A DNA stretch of 57,893 nucleotides, counting the filler, from Sphacelaria rigidula (taxonomy: Eukaryota): the NCBI GenBank assembly GCA_964200075.2. It is 8 parts of 8 records of this genome, joined end to end, with 100 filler letters (N's around TTAATTAATTAA, not from the genome) between each part and the next. Parts side by side here need not be neighbours in the genome. Positions count along the whole stretch, not along the records: positions 1 to 7,150 come from CAXNAA020016247.1; positions 7,251 to 14,400 come from CAXNAA020016248.1; 6 more parts are not named here. The stretch is one strand, 5' to 3'. Positions within the stretch are counted from its first letter, which is position 1; every line of letters starts with the position of its first letter. A program made the translations under genes and the position numbers. Shown here piece by piece: positions 1-10,876 of the stretch. The notes under the pieces are model-generated. The model had not been told where the DNA came from, ran no database searches, and saw nothing but the letters and a program-made list of their open reading frames with translations.

Positions 1-85
1 GAAGATTTTAATTCTCCGGGTTTCTCATCCCCAATAAAAGATCCATCCCCAATTTGTAAGATCCCGTGTTGTAGGGAATAATGGT
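1..85. repeat. Arm of an inverted-repeat (foldback MITE-like) family; partner at 7071-7150
   Basis: 1-30 GAAGATTTTAATTCTCCGGGTTTCTCATCC is a near reverse complement of the contig-1 end GGATGAGAACCCGGAGGATTAAAATCTTC; similarity runs about 60-80 bp and both arms end at an ACCATT/AATGGT terminus. Confidence 0.7.
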
Positions 86-182
86 CTAAGACGATGGACA
101 GGCGATCATGTAGTAATCTTCATTCCCACCTGAGCACTCGCACTCCTACACAGTTGCAATACAGCAGTGTGTATGTAACATG

Positions 183-455
183 CACACGCGGCCATTTGGC
201 TACCTCCAAACTTCCTCCAGGTGGGTACACTTTTCGAGCCTCCAAAGGAATTAAACGCCTCCGGAGGCTTATTCTTGCCTCGGGAGGGCCGCGCATACCC
301 CCAAATTCCTCCCGAGGGGTGCGCGGCCCTCCGGGTCGGTAGAGCTTGGTTTCCTCCAGAGGGATGGATGGAAGCCTCCGAAGGCTAGTTTTCCCCCCGG
401 AGGGCAGCGCATCCCTCCGGAGGCATTTTGGAGTGTAGCCAAATGGCCGCGTGTG
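183..455. mobile_element. MITE, about 273 bp, with CAC...GTG termini
   Basis: TIRs CACACGCGGCCATTTGGCTAC (183-203) and GTAGCCAAATGGCCGCGTGTG (435-455); many internal CCTCC/GGAGG sub-repeats. Confidence 0.85.
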
Positions 456-3400
456 TGTACTTCGTCAGAATGGGTATAGTGTATACCGCTTGCTTACGTA
501 CGTACATACGTGGCAGTAACGCCGTTAGAAATACTCCAATGTTATTCTAATAATAATAATAATTCTCAAGACGACGGTTCCTTTGGGTCTTTCCTTCCCC
601 CCCCACACACCCACAGGCTCTCGAGAATGAGTCAAATAGCGATTAGGCATGAACCTCACCTTGCTTCGTACTACTTCTCGACCAGCAGTACGTGCAATAG
701 TTCAACAAAGCTATCACCACCCGGGGAAGTCCTGTGCGTGAGCAGCTCAAAACTCAACTCCGACACCACTCTGGTTCGAGGTCAGAAGCACCGTGATAGT
801 GAGATCATCACTGATATCCACAAAATGATTCGAGTGTGGTCTTCACTTGGTTTCATTGCGTGCAAACAACATCCATCCACTGGCTTCAGTGTAAATATTT
901 GCGACTTGCCGCGACCCCTGCTGTGGTTCGGTTACCGGGCTGTCTCCAGTGATAAAATGATTACATTGTGCACCATTCCATTCATCATTGTCCACGGTAT
1001 CCACGAGGTATCCAACTTCTGAAAAACTAACGCTCCTGCCCTCACCCGCCGCCCCTCAGCTTCGCACATCAGGATATTTCCCTACATTCGGGGTCATTGT
1101 TCCTGGCGTATAGCTGTTTGCAGGGCCCCTCGGTCATGTTGGAAGCCCTCGGAATGATGCCCAGAGCACTGTTGTGGTAACAGCGGTATTTTGCATTAGC
1201 ACTACTCGTCGCGTGCATAAGAATGCGAAACGCCATGATACGGCGGAGAGGCTTTTTTCCGAAACAAACATGCTGCCCCCGCACGGTGCAATGGGCCATG
1301 ACCGTGTATTGCTCGGCGCATCTATTTTTCCCTGTCCATTCCCTTTTGCATGAATTACTTTGCATATCCACGTATGTGCAATAACGATTATATGTATGCG
1401 TGCTCACAACAAGAAACAATCAAGAACTGTAACCGCCAATCAACATCGAAACGGTGCAAACATGTCAACACAACCCCTTCCGCTGTTTCCAGTTTACCGA
1501 ACGCAAGACCCGACGCTGACGCGGTCAAGAATACACAACATTTTCTTTCTGTCACCCCCTCAACAAGTCGAGAACGTCAGACGCACTCGAGCTGATGCTG
1601 CTGCTGCCGCTGCTGGTTCTCAGGATAAGCAACACGCAGCATCCGCTCGTTCGTTTTGTGCCACACATCTCGCCGTGAAAGGAAAGCACTACACGAATGT
1701 GCTCGACTGAGCTTTTGTCGAGACAAATACACGAAAGCCGACCACCCCAAATCGCAGTTGCTCCCGACAAGCGCGAACGTGCCTAGCAGGCGCACCTAAC
1801 AATTGACCATCCCCGGGAAAAAAAATCACCACGCAAAAACAAAATTCAGGCCATAAAACAACAATCATTGCGAACCTGCACCCCCTACGAAGATAATTTA
1901 TGATGTACAAAATTGTGGTACTCAATGCACGCCACGCCGCGCCACGGCTTGCTGTTTTGTCGAAAAGAGGAAGTATCTCGTGCAAGGTAAAAGAGACGAA
2001 ACGACAGCTTCCGCAAGGCTTCGAAAGTCAACTTACTACCACAAAAGGACCTTGACACAAAAAATCAAAGACGGTAAACCGTCAGATGCAGTGAGACCTG
2101 CCGATGGTGCCCTTAGCAGCACGTGTGTGCTCTCCACATTCTGGATAATGACACGGGCACGTGTTGTCTAGCGTGTCATACTCCATCGTCCTCGATGTGG
2201 GCACTACCACGCCGAAGGCGAAAAATAATCCCGCAAGGATCCGTCGAGGGATCACCTTTTCATATCAGCCACACGCCATTAGAGAATCCGCTTCATCCAA
2301 CAGAACGTCCCGGGTTTTGATTGTCTCCTCTCACCAACGCGACAAAAAGTTCAGAGGGCAGGGAAAAAGTCGTGAAAAATTTGGAGAACACAATACAGCT
2401 GCCGCGCGACCTCGAAACGGAGTTTACAAGTCTCACGCGGAAGTCTCAAGTGCAGATTTTTGGCATGGGGAACCCAACACACGGTCGAAGACATGTGCAG
2501 AAAGATGCACATCCTCACGGCTAACCGGCGACAACGGTTATCCGTACATCCCTCTTGAGGCCCATTTTTTCCGCAGTCGTGACCGTACACCGCACTCACC
2601 ACAATTTTCCCGTCCCGGTACATGATACGCCACACATCTTGCCCTAAAATTCGTCGCATCGGGCCTTTTCAGCTCGCAGAGAAACATTCTTCTCGTCAAA
2701 GACCCTGACGATACTCAGGTGGAACTCAACTCAAGAACTCCACCCCCGAGGAAATTTCGGCAAGAGAGGAAAGACACATCATAGTTATGTATCAACAAAA
2801 ATCGGCCGTGTGTTATTTACAACCAATCCTATCCCAAACCCCTTCGAATAACACACCCGACTGTTCAAACTCAATCAACAGCGAAAACAAATAAAAAAAG
2901 AAGCAGGCTACTCTTTCATTATTGGCCCTCGAACAGGGAGTAACCTGCAACTCGAGCTATTGTACACTCACCGTCAACGTACGGTAACCCTTCCAGAAAT
3001 CTCCTACAACCTAGGCTAATATACACCCACCGCCAACGTACCTTCAAACGTTTCACACACATTTGCAGTCTCAGCGACAGAGCGGAATTCTTGCCAAGTC
3101 ATCATGTTCCCTGTCTCTATGCCTATTTATTCAAAAACCGGACGTACATCAAGGTCCCCACAACCACTCCCTCAACAAAACACTCAACGTGTAGCCCAAC
3201 ACACGATACTTCCCCGATACGGCTTGGTGCGTCGATTATTCTAAACACCTGCCGACATGCTCTTGGTTGTGCTGAACATGTCTGCTGTCACGTTTTCTGG
3301 TGTGGTGTGAGCCAACACTGGTGTGCCAAGATAGAAAGAAGGAAAAACGACCACGAGTGTGCGATTGCGGGGGGACAGGGGAGGAGGGATCACATCGGTT

Positions 3401-3611
3401 GAGCACGACCGTCTGCCGTGAAAGATCGTGCAAAAAATCTCGACGAGGTCGCCAGAAGTGTCGATACTACTGTTTTCGCTCGTGTAAAACGGCTCTCTAT
3501 AGTTAACTCATTACGTAGTACTACGGATCGGTGAGCAAAGCTAGTGATTTCAGATATGCTAAACTACACTCTTGCGATAGTACTCCTCGCTGTTCTTTTG
3601 AACTGCTATAC

Positions 3612-4633
3612 CAAGGGTCTGTCGAGGGGAAAATTTCGAACACGGAGCCCCCCCCCCCCAGGAGGAACGGGACATGCTAGAGGGGGAAATGCGGGAGGTG
3701 AACAAAGGTGGCATGAAATCATTTGATGCATTAGACAGCAGGGAACTTACGATGGCTATACTAGGAGATAGATGGTGGCCACAAACGTCGAAACAGGACG
3801 GGGATAAGATATGTAAAAGGTTCTTGTGTAATGTACGGAAGAAACGTGATGAGCTGCGGAAGAAACGCAATGGGCGCCAGAATGTTGGAGGTGTCGCTAT
3901 TAGGAGTAGGAACGGTGCTACGTCTCGAAAAGGATGAGAGGGCAATGGTCAAATGACTAAAGCAAGAANNNNNNNNNNGGAGGAAGGGTGCTCCGCCCCG
4001 AAAGGGATGCTTGGGAAATGGTCAAATAACTAAGGAAAGAAAACCATGAGTGGGCCCCCCCCCCCCCTCCCCCTAAGGGCAGTTTTTCGAAAAATGTCAT
4101 GATTTCTGGCATTTTTTTGTATTAATTCAATTTGTTGATATTGTTGAAAGAGATTGATCAACATTCACCGACAAAAACCGAAAAGTCTGGCGGGCTCTGT
4201 GAGGTTCGTATATTTGCTTCTGCTCCTTGCCCGTCCTGTCCCGATGACCTCGTATGCCGACAACGCTCATACACATCTATGTACAATACACGAGCGCACG
4301 GTAGCGACAGTGTGTAGGCAAAGTGGCAAAATTATTTCACGCCTCGCCACATTTGACCGGACTGCTAGTGGCAAATAGTCAAGGCACACGACACGGAACA
4401 TGATCTCATAATGTAAATGTAATCTGGTAAGTGATCAGCTTGGAGGGGCGGCGTGTTCGCCATCTCAGCGGTCTCCATGCCAAGGATCTCTGTACATGGC
4501 AGCTAACCGCACCCGCCAATGCATCGGCAATAAACTAGGGGACAGCAGGCTGGGTGCCCCCCCCCCCCTCAAAAACTCGAATTTTTGATTTTGGGGCCGA
4601 CGTCTCCCGAAATATATTTTTGACAGACCCCTG
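3612..4633. mobile_element. Non-autonomous TIR transposon with target-site duplication
   Basis: TIRs CAAGGGTCTGTC and GACAGACCCCTG; GCTATAC duplicated at 3605-3611 and 4634-4640; an uninterrupted empty-site copy GAACTGCTATACAAT lies at about 4780-4795. Confidence 0.85.
3661..4055 (+). mobile_element. 5'-truncated non-LTR retroposon 3' fragment nested in a poly-C tract (spans a 10-N gap)
   Basis: Homologous to 36310-36910 (GGAGATAGATGGTGGCC...GGTCAAATGACTAA); C-runs flank it at 3648-3659 and 4055-4073. Confidence 0.75.
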
Positions 4634-5114
4634 GCTATACAATAAATAAGTTCATTCGAAACGGACGTGGTACTACGGATTGGTGAACAAAGCCAGTGAT
4701 TTTAGAGTGCTGTGCTACACTCTTGCGACGCTACTCCTCCGTCTAAGTGGTGAGGCTGAAATGGTGCCTGTCGTTCTTTTGAACTGCTATACAATCAATA
4801 AGTTCATTCGAAGCCGAACAAACATGCGGTAGTGGACGTATACTTTGTCCTGCATGACAGAGTTTGCTCGGGCACAGGTCTGTCATGCAGCGCTGTGTCA
4901 TGGGTTACGGTCATCTTCTGATTACCCGTGCTATGAACTCAAGCGACACACTACATACAATGCTAGTGTACAAAGGTCTCGGCAAGGTGTTGCCTGCGCA
5001 ATGAAAATCAAACATCCACTACGACAGAACAACGCGCATCATTGATATTCCTCATGCATGTATGATATGTAGTCATTATCCGGTCACACTGACGTGCACC
5101 GTCGGTTGACTCAC

Positions 5115-5343
5115 CGTCCAGGTAGATGGGGAAAATACAGAAGCCGATGATGTTGCCGAGACCCAAAGAGGGAGTGGGCGCTGCGTTCAGCCCCACCTGC
5201 CCGATCACTTGCACGCCGACGCTGATAACAAACACCATCCACGCAACGCACTGGAAGACGAAGAGCCCGTGGTCTGTGTTCCCAGTGGAAGGCCCGACGC
5301 CGGGTGTTGTAGACCGGTACAGGATGTAGCAACCGTACAAGAA
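5115..5343 (-). CDS. Internal exon of an unknown multi-pass membrane protein
   Basis: Acceptor ...TTTCTCGCAG and donor GTGAGT; 229 nt, phase 0 to 1; FLYGCYILYRSTTPG...LFVFQCVAWMVFVISVGVQVIGQVG...IIGFCIFPIYLD, hydrophobic. Confidence 0.7.
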
Positions 5344-5454
5344 CTGCGAGAAAGGCAACATACGATAATATGAGCATGAAGACAGGAGATACTCCCTAAT
5401 AACTCACAGGTTGTTCATCTAGACAACTCTTGAATTTCACGATTTTCCTCCGTA

Positions 5455-5642
5455 TGTTTTCATTCCTTTTTTGTCTCGTTCCTCTCCGGTTTGTCTTGTC
5501 CTCACTTCGTCAACTCCCCCCCCTTGCCCCCTCGAAGCTCGCTTAGTCAGTGATTTCGTTGGTTTACCTTTGGTATCTCACGCCTTGTGACCACGACTCG
5601 ATTTGCCGCGGACCAGTATATGTGCGATAATCAATCGATCAA
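5455..5642 (+). repeat. Probable LINE 3' UTR remnant with an AATC-type tail
   Basis: Pyrimidine-rich tract ending ATAATCAATCGATCAA; resembles 10410-10595, which follows the RTE reverse-transcriptase relic. Confidence 0.4.
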
Positions 5643-6247
5643 GCTCTAGGGGCTAAGGCCTTGTCTTGGTAAACCATTTTTCGATACAAAAAGTGCCGTG
5701 GAAAACATCAAATTCCGATCGGATAGGTCATCCAACACAAATGGGAATTGCCTTCAACCACGTCAAATCAGATCGGAGTTTTTCCACCGCACATCTTCGA
5801 GGGGGGAAAAATGCGGTAAGACACGTCCTAATGACCCCAATGTATGGAAACATCAAGCTGATCATATATATACTCAAAGGCGTGCGTGGGACCCTACCGT
5901 AGCAAAACGTGGTGGGTGAACGGCGCGGTGAAATTTTCACTTTTTCACAATACTACATGCGGAATGAAATTTTCAGACGGACCGGGATCGCCCGGCGAAT
6001 TGGACTCGCATCTACCCGTTGCCTGCAACGATTTCCAACGTTTCCAACCGCATAAGCGGTTTCATACTCAACCCCAACCACGTTGTTTCGAAGAACGACC
6101 CCGGACGCATGGGGCTGAACTGGACACATCCAAGAGGACGTACATGAAAAATATCTCTCATCGTATGCGTTAGGCGACCACTCGTGTATCTCGTTGTGTT
6201 ATGGAGAGATAAAGGGTTTAAAGCTTGAAGCGGTATGTTTTATTCAC

Positions 6248-6357
6248 CTGTACAACACCGACGGTGATGCTCATCTCGGGCCATAAGATGAAGAACGGTC
6301 CCACGGCCACGGGTTCGGCCAGCTGTCCGTCTCCGAAGTGGTCCATGACGTACGCAC
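6248..6357 (-). CDS. Preceding exon of the same membrane-protein gene
   Basis: Acceptor CCCCGTCAG and donor CAG|GTGAAT; 110 nt, phase 1 to 0; (G)AYVMDHFGDGQLAEPVAVGPFFILWPEMSITVGVVQ joins in frame to FLYGCY. Confidence 0.7.
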
Positions 6358-7150
6358 CTGACGGGGTTTGTAGCACCGCAAAATCACATCAGTACTATGA
6401 GCAATGCTTGCCGACGTTACGCGTACAAACACAAGCACAGAAAAGCAACATGTCGAGCTACTTCCCATGTTGCGCTTCATAGCAGTAGCAGCAGATGGAT
6501 TGAAAAGCCGAGTCACATTCAACGGTTGTCCACTGTGCTGAAGCATCCACTGCCGAGGGCCCTCAGCAGCTGCAGGCCTTAGCCAACCCTCCACACTTGA
6601 GTAAAAACTTTCTGTGCCCGAGGCCTTGATGAGAGCGGAGCAGGGTAAAATTACATCCGTTTTGAGGGGTTCCCCCAGATGACAGATATTAATGACCGAG
6701 GTATTGTACCAAGGGCCCTCGTTCAACCGCAGGCTAGAGGTAGAAGTGCAACGTGCATTCGCATTTTTGTCGTTGACCCACCCCAAAAAAGTTAAGGAAA
6801 TTTGTTCGGCTGGCACTCCTCGGTCGACAGACACCATCTACCGCCCTTCGGATGGTGGGGACTTACGGGCATGGATGACGTCCCTCACACCGGATTTTTC
6901 TACCGTGAATTGTATCTATTTGGCGGAAATTTCCAGTGAATTTATCCACAGAAGTGTACGTCACCGAACAAAGTGGCACGTGCAGCGTAGGTTTCGGATC
7001 GGTGTCCACTCATTCGTAGGGGAGGGCGCGCGTGGGGGAAGAGCGGGGGGAAGAGGTACATCCTAGATACCATTCATAATAACAGCCAATCATCTATATT
7101 GAGGATGGTGCTATTGATTGAGGATGAGAACCCGGAGGATTAAAATCTTC

Positions 7151-7250
7151 NNNNNNNNNNNNNNNNNNNNNNNNNNNNNNNNNNNNNNNNNNNNTTAATT
7201 AATTAANNNNNNNNNNNNNNNNNNNNNNNNNNNNNNNNNNNNNNNNNNNN
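7151..7250. other. Artificial contig linker (N44-TTAATTAATTAA-N44); the same linker occurs at 14401-14500, 21651-21750, 28900-28999, 36149-36248, 43398-43497 and 50646-50745
   Basis: Identical 100-nt N blocks with a six-frame stop cassette; the intervening contigs decrease in length from 7150 to 7148 bp. Confidence 0.98.
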
Positions 7251-7254
7251 TACT

Positions 7255-7512
7255 GGGGTAACTGGCCCCACGGTCGCTGCTGGGGTAACTGGCCCCATGA
7301 TCACTTACGGGGTAACTGGCCCCATGATCGTTCAAGGGGTAACTGGCCCCACGGTCACTGAAGGGGTAACTGGCCCCATGATCGCTCAAGGGGTAACTGG
7401 CCCCACGGTCACTGAAGGGGTAACTGGCCCCATGTTCACTGAAGGGGTAACTGGCCCCACGGCCATTGAAGGGGTAACTGGCCCCATGTTCATGAATGGC
7501 GTAACTGGTTCC
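7255..7512. repeat. 27-bp minisatellite (9 full units plus 1 degenerate), in frame on the minus strand as (H/R)GASYPxxx
   Basis: Core GGGGTAACTGGCCCC at 7255, 7282, 7309 ... 7471; the array runs into the gap. Confidence 0.92.
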
Positions 7513-9425
7513 TGCTGCATGCAAAACTGGCGTGTCTTGTTCTAATGTACCAGGAGTTACTGCTGTCGGCGGCGCTACGCCCACCGCCTGTGAGAGCGAC
7601 ACTGAATGTGTTTTCACTATCTGGTGGGTTACGCGATCGTGTCCTGAGTGAACTGACGTGACAAACTGCTGAGGGCACACTGATACCCCGTTTCCTTCGT
7701 AACCCTGGTTCCCCATGTGTTCACAAATCCAGTCGCAAGGCACCGCTACCTCTGTCTGCTCTCTACATTTCTCACCATGAAACACGGTCGCTGGGACCGA
7801 CCCAGGTGAAGGTGCTCCGATAAACCCCACGGACCTAGAGGCGTCCGCAAATACCGTGTTTACGTCGCTACCCGCTTCTCCTGTCAATGTCGGCCCTGCT
7901 GGTGGGCAGAGCCCGCGCCCTCATCCCCTCCCGTTTCCTCTCCCGCCAGCGGCGCTACCCCCCCTTCCCCCGCCGCGCCCTCCGTAGCTGTGTGAATATC
8001 GTGCTACCGGTGCCGGGACGGGCGCCGATTGCTGGTGCTGGTGAGCAGGCAGTTGTTGCGCTTGAGTTGGTGCCTACTGTGCTGGGGTTGCCGGAGGCTG
8101 CGGGGGCGGGATCGGTGGTGGTGTCTGGGCCGGCGCCGGCGCTGTCGGCGTCGGCGTAGCCTGCGCCTGCCCGGATGCCAGCGGGGAAACGATATCATGA
8201 GAAAACGTGCAGTTGTTGCACGTGCACGGTATGCTTTGCCAGTGGTAAACGCAAACGTCCTTTGAAGTCTGCCACTGGACTTTCCGCTGAACGAAGGTCG
8301 ACGGGGGTCCCGCCGGCGTGGTGATGCTCGAAGGTGGGGGAGCTGGGGGGCCTGCCTGCGATGTCGCTTTCCGTTTTTTGTTTGTCTTCGACTCGCCGGC
8401 CGGCCAGAAAGCGGACTTCTCTACGAGGCAGTTGGGCCCGTCCTAGGTGACGAGGGCTTCAAGTTTTGTAAAAGCCGGCGCCGCTACCGGCTCCCCGTCG
8501 TCGACGGCGGAACTACGGCCGGGTAAGTCCGCCGGAGCTGTTGTGCCTGAAGTGCCACCCGGTAGAAGAACTCCTCTATCCCGGTGTCCATGACTGTTAG
8601 AAGCTTGTCGCGGACCGTCGTTCTATGTGGGTACAGTGATGTGTAGTGGTAATCTGTATACTCCCTTGCTTGGTTAGCTACTGATTCGAACTCCGACTGA
8701 AGAGCGCGCGTGCGTGTCTTGCATAATTCGGGAGCGTGCTCCATGGGGGTGAGCAAAACTGTGAACAGGGACGCGAGAAACGTGTGAAAATGCACATCAG
8801 CCGGCATATCCGTGGGCGTCGAACCTGGTGGCACCGTTTTTTTCAAGTCCATTATGTTGAAATTGGCCAGGGTTTGAAGCCGGTTAGCGGATGCGTGCAT
8901 AACGTGAGCCACCTTCTTGAGCGTGAGCTGTTGTAGGTGGAAAGTGAGATATTCACTCACGTCAAAGCCCCCCCTCAGGAGAAAAAACATAGGGCCAGTG
9001 GTGGCCCGCCACGAGTCGACGGCACGTTTGGCACTTGCTTTTATACCCGCCTGTTCAGCTGCGGTCCGTCGTGCCGCCGCTTGCGCGCCAGCTGCTGAAA
9101 CCTGCGGTTGTGGTGGTTGTTGCCACCCGTTCCCGATCTGCAGCGGTGGTTGCTGTGGGGATGCGTGTGGCAGTTGTAGCGGCTGCGGCTGCTGGTTATT
9201 CTCGATCGTCTGCAGGCGATTGGTCAACTGGGTCAATGCCGCCAGCATGTGCTGCTGGAACACCTGCTGCGACACGACGGGTGCTTGCACTACGCCCTGA
9301 GGTTGGTCGACTGCCGCTGCTGCTGCCGCGTGTGGGTTGTTATGCCCTGCCACCCCCTCGCCGCCTTGGTGTGCTTGGCTGCCGCCGCTGGCTATGGGAA
9401 GTCCACCGGCCCCCACCCCAGCCAT
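7513..9425 (-). mobile_element. Decayed gag-like ORF1 (Q/A-rich N-terminus, C-terminal CCCH zinc finger) plus a downstream ORF; DIRS/Ngaro-like retrotransposon relic
   Basis: Intronless 313-aa ORF at 8484-9425; a frameshifted continuation encodes CVYHWQSIPCTCNNCTFSH (C-x8-C-x4-C-x3-H) at 8197-8253; a second ORF runs from 7887 into the minisatellite; no RT or tyrosine recombinase is visible in the contig. Confidence 0.5.
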
Positions 9426-9435
9426 GCCGTCTCAA

Positions 9436-10595
9436 TGTGGTGAGTTTCCGCAAGAATGGAAAGATGTCACTATCAAGGTGCTACACAAAACAAAACATAG
9501 GACCGAGTGTGGTAACTAAAGAGGCATTTTGCGTGTGGCACATACTGCCAAAGTTCTTCTCAAAATCGTAGCCAACAGGCTCGGTAATGTTTTAGAGGAA
9601 ACATATGCTCTTCCGGAAGAGCAGTGTGGATTTAGGCGCCAACGATCGACCATGGCCATGACGTTCGTAGTACGCCGACTTCAGGAGTTGCGACGGGCGA
9701 GCAACATCCCATTAAACAGAAAACCTACGATTCCGCAGACCGCACGCTCCTGTGGGAGGTGCTTGCTCGGTTCGAAGTCCCGTCGCGATTGATCATAATC
9801 ACCCGTATGCTTCACGACGGCATGCGAGCTCGGGTACAGCTAGATAGTGGCGAACTATCAGCATGGTTCCACGTCTGCCAGGAACTTAGACGAGGTTGCG
9901 TCTCGTCCCCACTGTTGTTCAACATCTTCGCCGCAGACTTGGTGGACGTGATTGTTCAGCGGTTTGCGGCGGATCCAGTCATCGTCTCAAACTTTGGTCT
10001 TTTTAGATGATGCCCCAAAAGATGACGGTGGTAAACCCGTGGAAGAGACACCGCTAGAGAAGGTGCGACGCACGGCGTGGGCAAGGATTCGAGCGGACGA
10101 CGCCGGCATAGTTTCGAGGACCTCAGAAGGCCTCGTTTGAATGATGGTCGTGGTAGTGATGACCTGCCAGGAATTCCGCGTGGTCTCCGAGCGCAAGACA
10201 GAGTTCATGCTCCTTTGGTCAGTACCCAGTCCCACGGAGGCCGCCCCGGATATCGAAGCTGCCGATCAACGGTATAGGCAGACGGGGACATTCATCTACC
10301 CTGGTGGAGCTACCAGCGCGGATGCCAAAATGTCCATCGAAATCAACCGCCGTCTCAGCGCATGGTGGGCGCGTACCAAAAAATATAGCTCTCAACTCTA
10401 CGATCAACCCAACTTTCTTTTCGTCTTAGCTTACTATGTCGTTCTGTTCGACTATTTTCTGTTCCTTCTTCCTTTCAGCGAGTGTTTCAGTTTTGTTCTG
10501 CCTTGCGTACGTCTATCATGTGACTACGGCTGGATCCCTAGCGGGTCAGGTAAAGGGTGACAACCAATCAACACTCAGAACATCAAATCAATCAA
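9436..10595 (+). mobile_element. RTE-clade LINE reverse-transcriptase pseudogene fragment with 3' UTR
   Basis: Frameshifted motifs GEFPQEWKDVTIKVLHK..RTECGN*RGI, KVLLKIVANRL, LPEEQCGFRRQRST, LRRGCVSSPLLFNIF, RADDAGIVS, FIYPGG, EINRRL; AATC-like tail near 10565-10595. Confidence 0.92.
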
Positions 10596-10690
10596 CGCCC
10601 TGGTGGCCTCATGGTCCGACGGTCACCACTAGGGTGCAGAGAAGAACTCGAGTTCGATCCCGATGCATTTGATCTTTTCTTGGAATGATC
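10596..10690 (+). mobile_element. tRNA-derived SINE head (related copy at 27598-27680)
   Basis: A-box-like TGGCCTCATGG and B-box-like GAGTTCGATCCC followed by a T-run; 27598 has CCCCGGTGG...GGTTCGATTCCC...TTTTTT. Confidence 0.55.
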
Positions 10691-10744
10691 TGATTTTTAG
10701 GGAAGGATTACTTAGAAAATATACAACAGGTGGTTGGCTGAGTT

Positions 10745-10876
10745 TGATTGACCGCGGTTGACGCGAACCGGGCGTGATGACCCCATCGGCGAGATCAAAA
10801 TGCAAGGCGTGATTGACCGCGGTTGACGCGAACCGGGCGTGATGACCCCATCGGCGAGATCAAAATGCAAGGCGTG
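10745..10876. repeat. Exact 65-bp tandem duplication
   Basis: TGATTGACCGCGGTTGACGCGAACC...CAAAATGCAAGGCG at 10745 and 10810. Confidence 0.95.

Noticed and set aside
510..1022. 170-aa ORF or copia protease relic
   Set aside because: No recognisable motif; only a vague resemblance on the minus strand
5115..5343. GPCR assignment for the membrane exon
   Set aside because: Superficial W...GFC resemblance only; the upstream exon does not fit a GPCR TM3 pattern
7255..7512. CRISPR-like repeat/spacer array
   Set aside because: Linkers are only 12 bp and similar to one another, the period is a multiple of 3, there are no cas genes, and the context is eukaryotic
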